A stretch of 64,000 nucleotides of DNA from Paraspadella gotoi (GCA_051294375.1 JBJCIZ010000744.1:2091402-2155401), one strand, 5' to 3'. Positions 25,280 to 37,500 are shown, counted from the first letter of the stretch. Notes: a model not told the origin generated them from the sequence alone. A program made the numbers and translations.

Positions 25280-26011
25280 CTCTCTCTCCTCCTCTCTCCC
25301 TCTCTCCTCTTCACTTTTCTTCTCTCTCTGCTCTTCCGCTTTCTCGTCCTCTCGGGGTCTCTCTCTTCGTCTCTTCTGCCTCTCTCTCTCTCTCTTGCTC
25401 TCTCTCTCTCTCTCTCCCCCCTTTATTGAAATTTTCTTTTCCATTCTTTTCTCTCTCGTCTTCTCTCTCTGTTATCTCTCTCTCTTTCTCTCTCTCTCTC
25501 TCTCCTCCTCTCTCTCCTGTTTCTTCTCTCTCTGGTGGTTTTCCCGGTTTGGTGTGTTGGTGGGGGCTTCTAATTCTTTCCTAAGAATGCTTTTTTTCGC
25601 CTTCCCCTCTCCCCCCCCCTCGCGTGTTCCACGCGCCCCGCCCCCCCTCGCTCTCCCCCTCTTTCCCGGTCTTAAATTGCTGTTTCAATCGGCAAATTTG
25701 TTTATCTCCATTAGCTTGATTTCTTTTTGCTTTTTTGCTGGTTTTTGCTTTTCTTTTTTTTTTTTTTTTTTTGCTTTTTTTTTCAGTTTCTCCCAAATGT
25801 CTATTTGTTTCGTCTTTCGGTCGAAGGAATTCGAGGTGTTTCCGTTTCTCTGTTTTATTTTTTGTATTATTTAATTTTTTATTTGTTTTGTTGTTTTTTT
25901 GTTTGTTTTTTTTTGGTTTTGATTAGATTCGTTTTTAGATACAAAGCGAGAAATTCTGTGAAGAAGACAATTTTAAGGAGCATCATAGTTTTTTTTAATC
26001 GGAGATAAATA

Positions 26012-26045
<34 letters not shown>

Positions 26046-28373
26046 TACAAGTTTTAATTGGTTTTTTCGTTCATATAATTTAGTGAAGTCTGGATGTTTT
26101 TCTAAGACTTGATTTGACATCAACTTCTATTTGCTGAAAATAAAAGGGGAGAAAACGTTTTTGCAAAATAAATTTGAATAATATTTATTTAAATATAATG
26201 ATTTGTGTTTTTTAAAAACACGTTTCATTAATTTCATTAGTTTTTTACAATTAACTTAAGGCTACTTGTTTTCCAAATATTTTTTTATTTTTTTAAAAGA
26301 ATTCGGTCAGAATAAGCCTAAATATTTTAATTATTTTCGTTTTTACCAGTATCATTATTCATATTATTACTATTACTAAACTGAAGTAGCGATGGCCCGG
26401 ATTCTTTCTGGAATCGGATCGAGGTCAAAGGTTATCTTAGAGGTCAGGTCAAAGGTAAGGTCAGNNNNNNNNNNNNNNNNNNNNNNNNNNNNNNNNNNNN
26501 NNNNNNNNNNNNNNNNNNNNNNNNNNNNNNNNNNNNNNNNNNNNNNNNNNNNNNNNNNNNNNNNNNNNNNNNNNNNNNNNNNNNNNNNNNNNNNNNNNNN
26601 NNNNNNNNNNNNNNNNNNNNNNNNNNNNNNNNNNNNNNNNNNNNNNNNNNNNNNNNNNNNNNNNNNNNNNNNNNNNNNNNNNNNNNNNNNNNNNNNNNNN
26701 NNNNNNNNNNNNNNNNNNNNNNNNNNNNNNNNNNNNNNNNNNNNNNNNNNNNNNNNNNNNNNNNNNNNNNNNNNNNNNNNNNNNNNNNNNNNNNNNNNNN
26801 NNNNNNNNNNNNNNNNNNNNNNNNNNNNNNNNNNNNNNNNNNNNNNNNNNNNNNNNNNNNNNNNNNNNNNNNNNNNNNNNNNNNNNNNNNNNNNNNNNNN
26901 NNNNNNNNNNNNNNNNNNNNNNNNNNNNNNNNNNNNNNNNNNNNNNNNNNNNNNNNNNNNNNNNNNNNNNNNNNNNNNNNNNNNNNNNNNNNNNNNNNNN
27001 NNNNNNNNNNNNNNNNNNNNNNNNNNNNNNNNNNNNNNNNNNNNNNNNNNNNNNNNNNNNNNNNNNNNNNNNNNNNNNNNNNNNNNNNNNNNNNNNNNNN
27101 NNNNNNNNNNNNNNNNNNNNNNNNNNNNNNNNNNNNNNNNNNNNNNNNNNNNNNNNNNNNNNNNNNNNNNNNNNNNNNNNNNNNNNNNNNNNNNNNNNNN
27201 NNNNNNNNNNNNNNNNNNNNNNNNNNNNNNNNNNNNNNNNNNNNNNNNNNNNNNNNNNNNNNNNNNNNNNNNNNNNNNNNNNNNNNNNNNNNNNNNNNNN
27301 NNNNNNNNNNNNNNCATTCTTTCCACACGAAAGGAACCAAAAACATGTTTTGTTTCTGAATTGTTGTAAAAACTTCGCTTAGTCTTATTTCTAATTAAGG
27401 CGATTTCCGCCTAAACTCGTATTAGGCCCTAATAATTTAGGGTAAGGGTTCTTGTTAGTTGGCGACTTCGACATGGCGAAGGCCAAGGCCAAGGCCCTGG
27501 CGGCGTCGCCATTACACTCACTGGAGTAACGAATTGAAGTTGGGGCTTGGAGATGAACTGGAGACCCGGGTTAGGGTTAGGCTTTGAGGAGAAACCCGCG
27601 GGTGATGGGAGGGTTGAGACAAGAGGCCCAGGTGAGATCATACTATACTGTACTATACTATACTATACTATAGAACTGTAGAATTTATTGATTGATTTTT
27701 AAATGTTAATAATTAAGAGCTAAATATTAATGATTTAATGATTATCGCAGTGGATCGTGGCCGACGAGTCCAGGGTTCGAGAATCGCTATAAGAACTTTA
27801 TTCACTATTTTGGAATAATAATTTAAAGCTCCGACGTTGAGATAAGATCTTATTAGACTCTATAAAATTATTTGAAAATGATAATTAATTAATTAATAAT
27901 TAACATCTAAATATTACTGATTTAATATTGGAAGCTACAACTCTAGCTTCAACCCTAATCCGAGCTACAACCATCTCAACCCTAATCCGAGTAGGGAAAA
28001 TCGCCATTAGGCTAAGTACTTAGTAAGTAGCCTTGGCTTGGCTTGCCATGGCTACTTAGCCAAATAACGATTTCGCCAACGAACTTCATCTGGCGATTGA
28101 ATTTTAATTATATTGAAATTATATTATTATATTATATCTTGAAAATTTTGACTCCGAACAAATACCGTAAAAACGCAAAATAGGTAACCGAATAACAGCA
28201 ATAAATTAATTTGTAAATGTATAAACCGGGTCCTGCTTTTATATATATTATGTTATTATCTCATCCTAAAGCTCGTTTATTAATATTCAATTAATATTCT
28301 TTATATTGATTGCACCATTTTCATATATAAAATAATAGTCATAGAAATAAAATAAACAATCGAACAATCCCAT

Positions 28374-29055
28374 TCATCTTTTTTCCGCCAATCGTTTCAT
28401 TTCCCGCCAAATCAATTCTTCTCTCTCCATCTTCTTTCGAGATTCGCTCTTTCTTCCACTCGAGCGCCGACCCAAACTCATCGTGCGCAGCGCCTGCACC
28501 CGTAGCGGCGCCGGAGGTGACAATATCGGCGCCGGGGGTGACGATTCCGACGCCGGACGCGTCAGTGGCGGCGCCGAACGCGTATTGAGCGACGCCGAAC
28601 GCGTATTGAGCGGCGCCGAACGCGTATTGAGCGGCGCCGAACGCGTATTGAACGGCGCCGAACGCGTATTGAGCGGCGCCGAACGCGTATTGAGCGACTC
28701 CAGCGGAGTAGGTGTCGCTTTGATCACTGTGGTCTTCGCTTGAGTCCGTGATGTGTCTTCTGGCATCAAAGACGCCGCGATTGATGACGCCGCGATGGAT
28801 GACGTCGCAAAGTGGGCGTGGCTCGCGATTGTCGACGGCGTCACCGATTGGTCGATCGACGAAGCCTCAGTTGAAAAACAAGTCGAGGAAGGAATTTCCT
28901 CCGAGATCGAAATTGTATTTTCCAAGATCTTCGTTTCTCCGTTCGATCCTCTTCCTCCTCCTCCTCCTCCCTCCTCCTCCTCCTCCTCCCCTTTTCCTCC
29001 TCTCCTCCTCCTCCTCCTCCCCTCCCCTCCTCCTCCTCCTTCCTCCTCCTTCGCC
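28374..29055 (-). CDS. terminal exon encoding an S/T/P-rich segment with LNTRSAP repeats; alternative last exon of the membrane-protein gene or end of a separate gene
   Basis: Frame open from 29055 to the stop at 28374; AATAAA at 28281-28276 (minus strand); the acceptor is uncertain. Confidence 0.5.
28567..28697. repeat. 21-bp tandem repeat, about 6 copies, encoding LNTRSAP on the minus strand
   Basis: Unit gccgaacgcgtattgagcggc. Confidence 0.9.
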
Positions 29056-29630
29056 CTTTACGACCGACAGTTTAGATTCGTCGGCTTTTCGGTTCTGCCC
29101 CGTTCGGCCAAAACGGGAGACAAGACGAGAGAGAAAGAAATGACTTCAACATTCTTTCCCTGATTTCTGATCGAATGAACTAAAGGACGAGAAAGAGTTT
29201 GAAAAATTGCGAGAAAAAAAATATTGAGTTGCAAATATACTTCNNNNNNNNNNNNNNNNNNNNNNNNNNNNNNNNNNNNNNNNNNNNNNNNNNNNNNNNN
29301 NNNNNNNNNNNNNNNNNNNNNNNNNNNNNNNNNNNNNNNNNNNNNNNNNNNNNNNNNNNNNNNNNNNNNNCACTTGTTGTGGGGGAACGATTGACTGCGT
29401 TCCCCGCTAGTGATGACTATAGTTGAAGAAGAAGAAAATATAATACACAATGAAAAATAATGTTTTTTTAAAAAAAGAAATATTTATAAGTTTTTGTTTC
29501 TTTTTATAGTTTCAGTTTGATATGAGCGAATCAAGAATACATCTAAAATGTTCTTTATTACCCGATTTTATAAAAAAATTCAGTACAGAAAAGTCTGTAT
29601 GTGACTCATATCATTCAGTCAGTCTGTCCA

Positions 29631-30033
29631 TCAATCCAATTCTGAATCCCATTTTCTGGAACCCGTCCTAGAACGCTGGGCGTCGTCGTCTGGCCTATTA
29701 ATCGTCGTCGTGGAGGGTTCGTCGGCCGAATGAAACTCTTCCTCGGATTCTTCTCTGGATTCGATTTCCGGTGGCTGGCGCCGTTGATGGACCGGTTGAT
29801 GGAGCGGCGGCTGGACAGGTTGCTGAAACGTCAGCTGGAGCCACGGGAGATGCGCTGACGGCATCGCGGCGCATTGAGTGCGAAGTGGAGGGGAGGCGAT
29901 GGTGGAGATGGTGGCAGAGATGGTGGGAGAGATGGTGCTTAGAGGATGGTGGCAGAGATGGTTGGCAGATTTTGCGATTCGCCGCGAAGAATGGCGGTGA
30001 CGTCGACGACGGCGAATTGGATGCCGATCGTCG
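29631..30033 (-). CDS. uncharacterised single-pass membrane protein, last exon (FFAT-like EEEFHSADE)
   Basis: ctttcag| phase 2, open to TGA at 29633-29631; AATAAA at 29559-29554. Confidence 0.78.
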
Positions 30034-30425
30034 CTGAAAGAAAAATAAGGAAAATATCTCGAAAAAAAAAATATATTATTATAAAAAGTTTAATAAACTA
30101 AATAAATTAATGAGATACGGTTTCTTATCTTTAAATTTTCTCAACAGCGACGCAAAATCGATTGTTAATTTAAAACCATTTCCGAGAAATGAGATTTTTG
30201 TGCACAAAATTGCGGAATTTATTGTATTTTTAAAACGGAAAATATTTTTAAATTTGAATTTGTTAATTTTACAAGTCTTAAGTTTATTTTATTTTATTTT
30301 ACAACTACTTTGAAATTTTGAACTTTGAAATTGAATGAATTTGAATTTTTCAAAATCAATTTATAAATCCACATTCTAATTTTAAATTGTGAATAGTGAA
30401 TTGTGATTCCAAACGACAAACTCAC

Positions 30426-30843
30426 CGATCGACTTCGACATCCGCGTCCCCACTGAAAGGCCCCATCGCCTCCGCCTCCATCCCGCCTCCGATCCAAAGC
30501 TCGACACTCTCGTCACCTTCTCCGCTCGACGACTCCAACCGCCCGTCGAGAAGGACGTCCGGCATCCTCGGTCCCATGACCCGATGGAAGGGCTTCATGG
30601 CGACCTTCACCTCGCGGTCCAAGTCGACGGGACGTTGCACGAGGCTCGGGGAGATCGGGTCTTCGAGGACGACGTCGCCTGCGAGGGTCTCCGCCTCTCG
30701 ACAGTCGACGTCGAGCATTTCCGGGAAATGGACGTCGTCGAGGAGTGGGCGTGGCCTCACGGTGGAGGGCGTGGAATCCCCTTCGTCTTGGATGGAATCT
30801 TCTTCGATGAAGAGACCGCGATGGTTGATGGAAGAAGTTGCCA
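30426..30843 (-). CDS. uncharacterised membrane protein, internal exon f (acidic)
   Basis: tttccag|...CG|gtgagt, phase 1 to 2, 418 nt open: VATSSINHRGLFIEEDSIQDEG... Confidence 0.82.
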
Positions 30844-31351
30844 CTGGAAAGTGAGACAAGTTCGTCTATTTCGAAACTAACTAATTTTCTGGTTAACAAA
30901 CGAAACAGTTTTTTATGAAAATTGCAAAATTACTTGTTTCACTATCTTTTTTTTTTAGATTTAGAAATATCTATCATTTATGATTTTGTTTATTTGTTAA
31001 AATATTTTTTTGTGTTAAATATTTAAATATAATATTTGTTTGGGATGAGGAGGGGGTCGTTAGTGTTGTCTTCTGGAAATAGAGGGTGCATCTACACAAC
31101 ACAAGGTTATTGATAAGGGAGCCAGGTACTCTGGGAGTGAATAAACTAGACTGTGTGAGAATCTTGATTGGAATAATGAAGGGTTCTGCTGCGGAATCTT
31201 GTAAAAGTCCTTCATCCACTACAGCCTTTCCAAAGTAGAAAGATAGCAAGGTAGCAAATAATAATCTTTTTTTTTATTTAATTTTTTAAATTAAATTCAA
31301 TTGGAATTAAATCGATAAACTAATAATTTATTTAAATATTCATTTCATTAC

Positions 31352-31702
31352 CTTTAAAATCTTTCATGGTCAGGGAATCGAATGAGAATACTTTGGTTTT
31401 CTTCTCTCTCTTCTTCTCCTCTTCTCCCACCTCCTCGCCCACCTCCTCCCCCACAACCCCTTCCATCTCAGCGCCACCTAGATTCCCTTCCAAAGCGACG
31501 AAACTCTTGACGTTGCCGAATCCGGCAAAGTCCACGCTTGACGCCCTTTTCCCGTATCTCCCGGCGCCAAAAATTTCTTCGGCGCGTCCGGCGCTCGCTG
31601 GCGCCGAGAGACGTTTCTCGTTTGTCACCGGCGCCGCCATTTCCGTGGGATGTTGAGGGTCGGCGGCGTCGTCCGATGAAGAGGCGGTTTCGTCGGCGGT
31701 AT
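31352..31702 (-). CDS. uncharacterised membrane protein, internal exon e
   Basis: cacgcag|...G|gtaatg, phase 1 to 1, 351 nt open: DTADETASSSDD...KRASSVDF... Confidence 0.78.
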
Positions 31703-31798
31703 CTGCGTGGAGCATCGTAAGCAAGCAGGGTCGATGGGGTTCAACTTCTTATCTTCTTTCTTTCTTCATCCCATTTTATACTTTTTAAATATTTTAAT

Positions 31799-32337
31799 AA
31801 ATATTTTCTTCGTATAGTTTCTTTCTTTCGTTGTGTTTAAGATTAGTAAATGGAAGTAAATATATAATTTATTTACAACAACGACAGGATTTTTAATTCG
31901 GACAAGTTTTAGGCGACTTACCACCGGTCTCTCTCTCTTGACGTACAAACCTTCATCGGTGCTTGAAAATTGTGAAAATTCACATAGAATTTAGAATTTT
32001 CACAACAGTCAAGAGACGATGAAGGCCGGAACGTTAAAAGCCGTAACATGTCGTCTTAAATAACTTAAATATTTACTTCCCTCTTCTAAATATTTTCTTC
32101 GTATAGTTTCTTTCTTTCGTTGTGTTTAAGATTAGTAAATGGAAGTAAATATATAATTTATTTACAACAACGACATGATTTTTAATTCGGACAAGTTTCG
32201 GCTTTTGACGTACAAACCTTCATCGGCGCTTAAAAATTGTGAAAATTCACATAGAATTTAGAATGTAAACGTCAAAAACCGTAACATGTCGTCTTAAATA
32301 ACTTAAATATTTACTTCCCTCTTCTAAATATTTTCTT
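31799..32337. repeat. intronic tandem duplication (~290 + ~250 bp) containing a small palindromic MITE-like element
   Basis: aaatattttcttcgtatagtttc... recurs at 31799 and 32088; internal inverted repeats at 31950-32025. Confidence 0.85.
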
Positions 32338-32442
32338 TAAATTTCTTTTCCCCTAATCTCAAGTCTCATTCACTTTCTTCTTCCTCTTCCTCCTCTTCTA
32401 TCCGCCTCACTCACGGCGACCTCACCTTTTCCTCAGCCTTAC

Positions 32443-32699
32443 CTTCCTCCATCGACTCTTCCAAGCATCCCAGCCTCTTCTCTTTGTCCTTTCTCTCATT
32501 GTCTTCATTCTCAAATCTAGCTTCGTCCTTCTCATCGCTCTCCTCTCCGCTCCACCGGCTGGTTACGGCAGCCTCGTTTCCGGCGGCAGCCTCGTTTCCG
32601 GCGGCAGCTCCTCCAAACCGGAATTCCGGTGGAGCGAAAGGCGTCGGTCGGCGGACGAGACATGCGGATCTCGATGTCGCGTCGGAATCGAAGGAGACG
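32443..32699 (-). CDS. uncharacterised membrane protein, internal exon d (VSFD...RRPTP)
   Basis: ttctcag|...G|gtaagg, phase 2 to 1, 257 nt open; missing from the ORF track because it has no start codon. Confidence 0.78.
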
Positions 32700-33001
32700 C
32701 TGAGAAATGATTAACGATAGTCAATTAGTCATGTTAATTATTATTAAATCGGTACAATAAATATTAATAAATAAAAAGAATAATAAACATAAATATAATA
32801 AACAATGGAGAATCTTAAACCACTTTACTGATTTTGAAAAAATAATTTTAGATTTTATAGTGGCGTTTTTTTTTTCATAGGACAGTGTATGAAAAAAGCA
32901 TGTTATTAAACTTGTTTAAACTTACACAATCAAATCGATAATATCAATAATGATAATAAAGATCATATAATAATTATTCTTACGCTTCTCGTCTCACCGA
33001 C

Positions 33002-33319
33002 CTTTTTTCTTCAGTCTTCTTTTTCTCTTCATCCGATCGTACATTATTTGTTCCTTCTTCTTCAGCTCCCGCTCGTTCGCATCTTTGTTCCTTCGTTCCT
33101 TCTTTCGTTCGTTCCTCGAATATGTCGTCTTGCTCGACTCGTTTGTTCCTTTCTTCCTCTTGTTCGTCTCCTTCGTTCGTTTCTTCCTCTTGTTCGTCTC
33201 CTTCGTTCGTTACTTCTTTCTTCTCGTTTTGTTGTTCGTGAGATTGGCTAATTCGTTCATCTTTGTTCGCTTGTTCGTAGTTTCGTTCCGTAAATCGTTC
33301 GTCGTCTCTTTCATCGATT
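33002..33319 (-). CDS. uncharacterised membrane protein, internal exon c (E/D/N-rich, TNEGDEQEEE twice); alternative in-frame end at 32984
   Basis: ttcag| phase 2; IDERDDERFTERNYEQ...DEEKKKTEEK; donors AG|gtcggt or GC|gtaaga. Confidence 0.75.
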
Positions 33320-33487
33320 CTGAATCATTAACATAACAATGGATGAATCACGCCTATTTCCTTCGTTGATGTAACTATTATTAAAACTTTCTTATTTTAT
33401 AAATTTTGTAGCGTAGAAATATACATAATTTTAATAGACAATATTTATTAATTATAATATCCCTTTTGATTAAACGCTACGACGTAC

Positions 33488-33842
33488 TTTTGCGTACCCC
33501 CCGGCGCTGCAGTCGCCGCCGCCGACGCGAGCTCATTTCTCCGCAGCGGGGACGCTGGATGATGCCAAGCGACCGGAGATCTCGGGGGCTTCGCCGGCGG
33601 CTCCGAGGGCGCCGCTTCATCCGCATCCGGAGCGGAAGACGGCGTCGAAGTGCCGAGGGATGCTTTGTCGTGGAATCCTTCGTCGAGGGCGATCGTCGAC
33701 GTCTTCGACGCTGAGAGTTCGACCTCGAGATCGCTGGGCAAGAGGATGCTGCAAGAGTCGAGATCTGGAGGCGGGAAGGCGGACGAGCAGTTGGAGGCCT
33801 CGACGGCTTCGAGGAGATCCAAATCATCGGCGGAGACTTTGT
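33488..33842 (-). CDS. uncharacterised membrane protein, internal exon b
   Basis: aaacag|...AA|gtacgt, phase 1 to 2, 355 nt open: DKVSADDLDLLEAVEASNC... Confidence 0.8.
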
Positions 33843-33883
33843 CTGTTTCGTTGCAAAGTTTTGTTTAATAAATGTTAAATATA

Positions 33884-34128
33884 TGTCGTAGAAACAGCCG
33901 GGTCGCCCATTGGGATGGGGCATCTCACTGTTGGCTTTGGGGGCTTCCGACCCTCAGTGACGCATCCAGTCACTGGCGCGGTTACCCTAGGACGGTCTCG
34001 CTTTGCCAACGCAGAGGGAAGTCGTGAGGACTGTGGATGGAACACTACGCCTGGGATGGTGTGTTCCCCCTCTGAGCCAATGGGATTGGCGTGAAGCGGT
34101 GTGAATATACCGCCACAATGTATTGACA
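33884..34128. mobile_element. 245-bp GC-rich intronic insertion with TGTC...GACA ends; solo-LTR-like or structured-RNA element
   Basis: Abrupt GC-rich island in an AT-rich intron, inverted termini flanked by TA, several internal stems. Confidence 0.5.
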
Positions 34129-34385
34129 TATTAAAGAATAAATAAATTAAATTTTTTTCAAAAAATAAATAAATAAATAAATAATATATAAATGAATTAA
34201 TAAATAAATAAATAAATACATGACGACAAAAAAGTGAATCAATGAATCAATAATTCGATCAATCAATAAGCAAATAAATCAATAAATAAATAAGTAAATT
34301 AAGTAAATCATTTTGAAATATTTCGTGAAACCTTGAACCAATCTCTTGGCCCACTCCGCCGCATCCCCGCAGGCCTCGAACTTAC

Positions 34386-34576
34386 CCCTCTTCCTTTTGT
34401 AGCACCAGAGACAAAAGAGCATGAGGAAGACCCCGCCCCCTAACGTGCAAAGGACGACGATGAGCGGCATGTACTCTCCGTGATCGACGATGAAGATCGA
34501 CGACATCATCTGGCGTTGACGCGAGGAGGAATGGCGTAGAGAAAGTGGCGGGAGCGTGGCGTAGAGATGTTGGGCC
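34386..34576 (-). CDS. uncharacterised membrane protein, transmembrane exon; its 5' end is lost in the gap
   Basis: ...YMPLIVVLCTLGGGVFLMLFCLWCYKRKR, then G|gtaagt: a hydrophobic helix followed by a basic stop-transfer cluster. Confidence 0.8.
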
Positions 34577-37500
34577 NNNNNNNNNNNNNNNNNNNNNNNN
34601 NNNNNNNNNNNNNNNNNNNNNNNNNNNNNNNNNNNNNNNNNNNNNNNNNNNNNNNNNNNNNNNNNNNNNNNNNNNNNNNNNNNNNNNNNNNNNNNNNNNN
34701 NNNNNNNNNNNNNNNNNNNNNNNNNNNNNNNNNNNNNNNNNNNNNNNNNNNNNNNNNNNNNNNNNNNNNNNNNNNNNNNNNNNNNNNNNNNNNNNNNNNN
34801 NNNNNNNNNNNNNNNNNNNNNNNNNNNNNNNNNNNNNNNNNNNNNNNNNNNNNNNNNNNNNNNNNNNNNNNNNNNNNNNNNNNNNNNNNNNNNNNNNNNN
34901 NNNNNNNNNNNNNNNNNNNNNNNNNNNNNNNNNNNNNNNNNNNNNNNNNNNNNNNNNNNNNNNNNNNNNNNNNNNNNNNNNNNNNNNNNNNNNNNNNNNN
35001 NNNNNNNNNNNNNNNNNNNNNNNNNCCAAAAATCGCATTAGCATTTAATCATTTTTCGAGATTTGAATTGTTTAAAGTTTCTTTTGCCTCAAACATTCGT
35101 GTTTTCTCGTCGGAACGATGTTTNNNNNNNNNNNNNNNNNNNNNNNNNNNNNNNNNNNNNNNNNNNNNNNNNNNNNNNNNNNNNNNNNNNNNNNNNNNNN
35201 NNNNNNNNNNNNNNNNNNNNNNNNNNNNNNNNNNNNNNNNNNNNNNNNNNNNNNNNNNNNNNNNNNNNNNNNNNNNNNNNNNNNNNNNNNNNNNNNNNNN
35301 NNNNNNNNNNNNNNNNNNNNNNNNNNNNNNNNNNNNNNNNNNNNNNNNNNNNNNNNNNNNNNNNNNGTTGTTCGTTCTCAGAGTAAAATATAGTTTTAAA
35401 CCGACTGATGTTATTCTTTCTATTTAACCAAATTAAGTGCGAAATTTTCACAAAAAAAAACAAAAGGAAATTCTACCGACATTAAAAAGTAAAGTGTCAA
35501 ATTCTGCCCACAATTGCGGTTTCATACCAAAAAATAGGAAAGTTCTCCTTTTTGGGTGGCACTATTTCACTATACGTCCCCAAAAAGCAATTAATTTCCC
35601 GCCAAAACCTCACCCTTCCCATATCCCGTCATCGCAACGAACTTACCCTCTTTTCTTCCTCAGAAGAGCCTCACCCTTCGCCCTCACCCTTCGCCCTCCC
35701 CCTTCAACCTCACTCTTCGCCCTTCGCCTTCACCCTTCGCCCTCACTCTTCGCCCTCACCCTTCAACCTCACCCTTCGCCCTCACCCGTCGAGGATAATG
35801 GTCATCGCGATTTCACTCACAACAAAACTCGAAACACTTTGTGGGTCGAAAGCGTAACGGTTGGGGGGGGAGTGAAAAAAAAACGGGAAAAACTGACTTC
35901 AACTGACTTTAACCATAAGGATTTACTCGAACGAAACGCCTGAATCTCTCTCTCTCTCTCTCNNNNNNNNNNNNNNNNNNNNNNNNNTCCTCTCTCTCTC
36001 TCTCCTCTCTCTCTCTGTCTCTCTCTCTCTCTCCGTTGTAATAGAAGGCGGCTACAGCAGCTTTTTAACTGCGGCTGGAGCCAGCTGCAGCAGGAGCGTC
36101 GCAGCGCCATTTCTTTTTATGCGCGCGTTGTCATCCCGCTTCCTTCGCCGCCGGTCCCGGCAGACTCTCGGTAATGACCGCCCCTTCAGGAACGCGTAAT
36201 TTCCAGCCGGTCTCTTCTCTTCTCATCTCTCTCTACTCTCTCTCATCTTCTCTTTCTCTCTTCTCTCTCTCTCTTCTCTCCTTTGATAAGAGCAATGAGT
36301 CCGGAAAAGTTAGAGAAATTCCTCTGAATCCGTGTTAAAGGCAAGAATCCCCTTCTCTTCTCTCTACGTCTCTCTTCTCTTCTCTCTCTTCTCTCATCTG
36401 TCTCTTGCTTACTCTCTCTTCTGTCTCTTTCGATCGAAAAACGTGTAACGTTGCCTCGTAACGCGTTTTCAGTTACATATATTACGTCTTGTGGTCGTTT
36501 GTGAGTTGATTTAAACGAGGAACAAGGTTGTGTTGTTGCTGGGATGAGACGAAGAGAAGAAGAGGAAAAGATTTAAAACTAAAAATAAATAAAAAGATTT
36601 TTTTTAAAAAACTGTGATAAGGGAAGACTTAAGGGAAGATTATTAGTTTTTCTTCAGTTACTTTTTTTAAAACGAGAAATAATGCATTTGAAAATCTAAC
36701 ACCAAACATATGTATGACCATTGACCATGTCATACTAAGAAAGAGAATTAGCAATACTAAGATGACTTCTCTCAATTTGACATTCCTGTTACCGTCGAGA
36801 ATGTCCTTCCCTATAAATGTATATTATTACATGACCGAGAAATGTCACTCCAACGGGCTAACAAGACGAGCGTTGTAATTCAAAACAAAGAAATCCCCGA
36901 GAATGTCACAACTGTCTAGGCGAAGATTGATTGTAGGTAGAACGACATGCCGAGGTGGTTTTTAAAACAGGAATGCCCGGAAGAACGTTCACTTCACTCA
37001 CAAATTGACATGGTGAAGTATCTCGAGGCATCAACGACAGTTGCCCGAGAACGTCACATCCCTTCACTAAATGACTGATCGGAGTTAATCACATGCCGAC
37101 GTCAATCGGACGATGAACAGGGGCAGTTCGAAGAACGTCCATCAGCCCATCACGCGCATTATGACTATCAATGTATCGCAGATGACGCGGCCATAGAACC
37201 GACGGAGTTCTTCCTTCTTCTCCGTGATATGTCTGAAACGGGCTTTTCAGAGTGCGCTCGGCCAGAGAGACGGAGAGACCATGGGTGCTGTTGTCGTTCG
37301 AACAGGAATAGGCTACAGTCACGCCAAGAGCACCAGAGGCTTCTAGGGTACACGGGAGGAGTGTCTTGAAGAGGAGAGAGATGAGAATGAGAGAGGGAGG
37401 ACGATAGAGAGAGTATTGGAGAGGAGAGGATGAGAGAGACCGAGATGAGTAGAGAGAGAGAGACGAGAGCAGAAGAGAGAGAGGGAGGAGAGAGAGAGTG

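Noticed and set aside
24760-25930. F/L/S-rich hydrophobic ORFs that look like membrane proteins
   Set aside because: Low-complexity pyrimidine-biased sequence, probably degraded consensus around a 25-N gap.
27440-28000. Telomere-like ggttagggttagg and aaccctaa motifs
   Set aside because: Only isolated one- or two-unit occurrences, with no array.
28567-28697. Regular short repeats resembling a CRISPR array
   Set aside because: Head-to-tail 21-bp units with no unique spacers, in a eukaryotic coding context with no cas genes.
31543-31590. RAEEIFGAGRYGKR (minus strand) looks like an RYamide/luqin neuropeptide with an amidation signal
   Set aside because: It lies in an in-frame internal exon of the cytoplasmic tail of a membrane protein, occurs once and has no signal peptide; KRASS is better read as a kinase site.
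18571-35463. Long ORFs dominated by X in the ORF track
   Set aside because: They are produced by N gaps.
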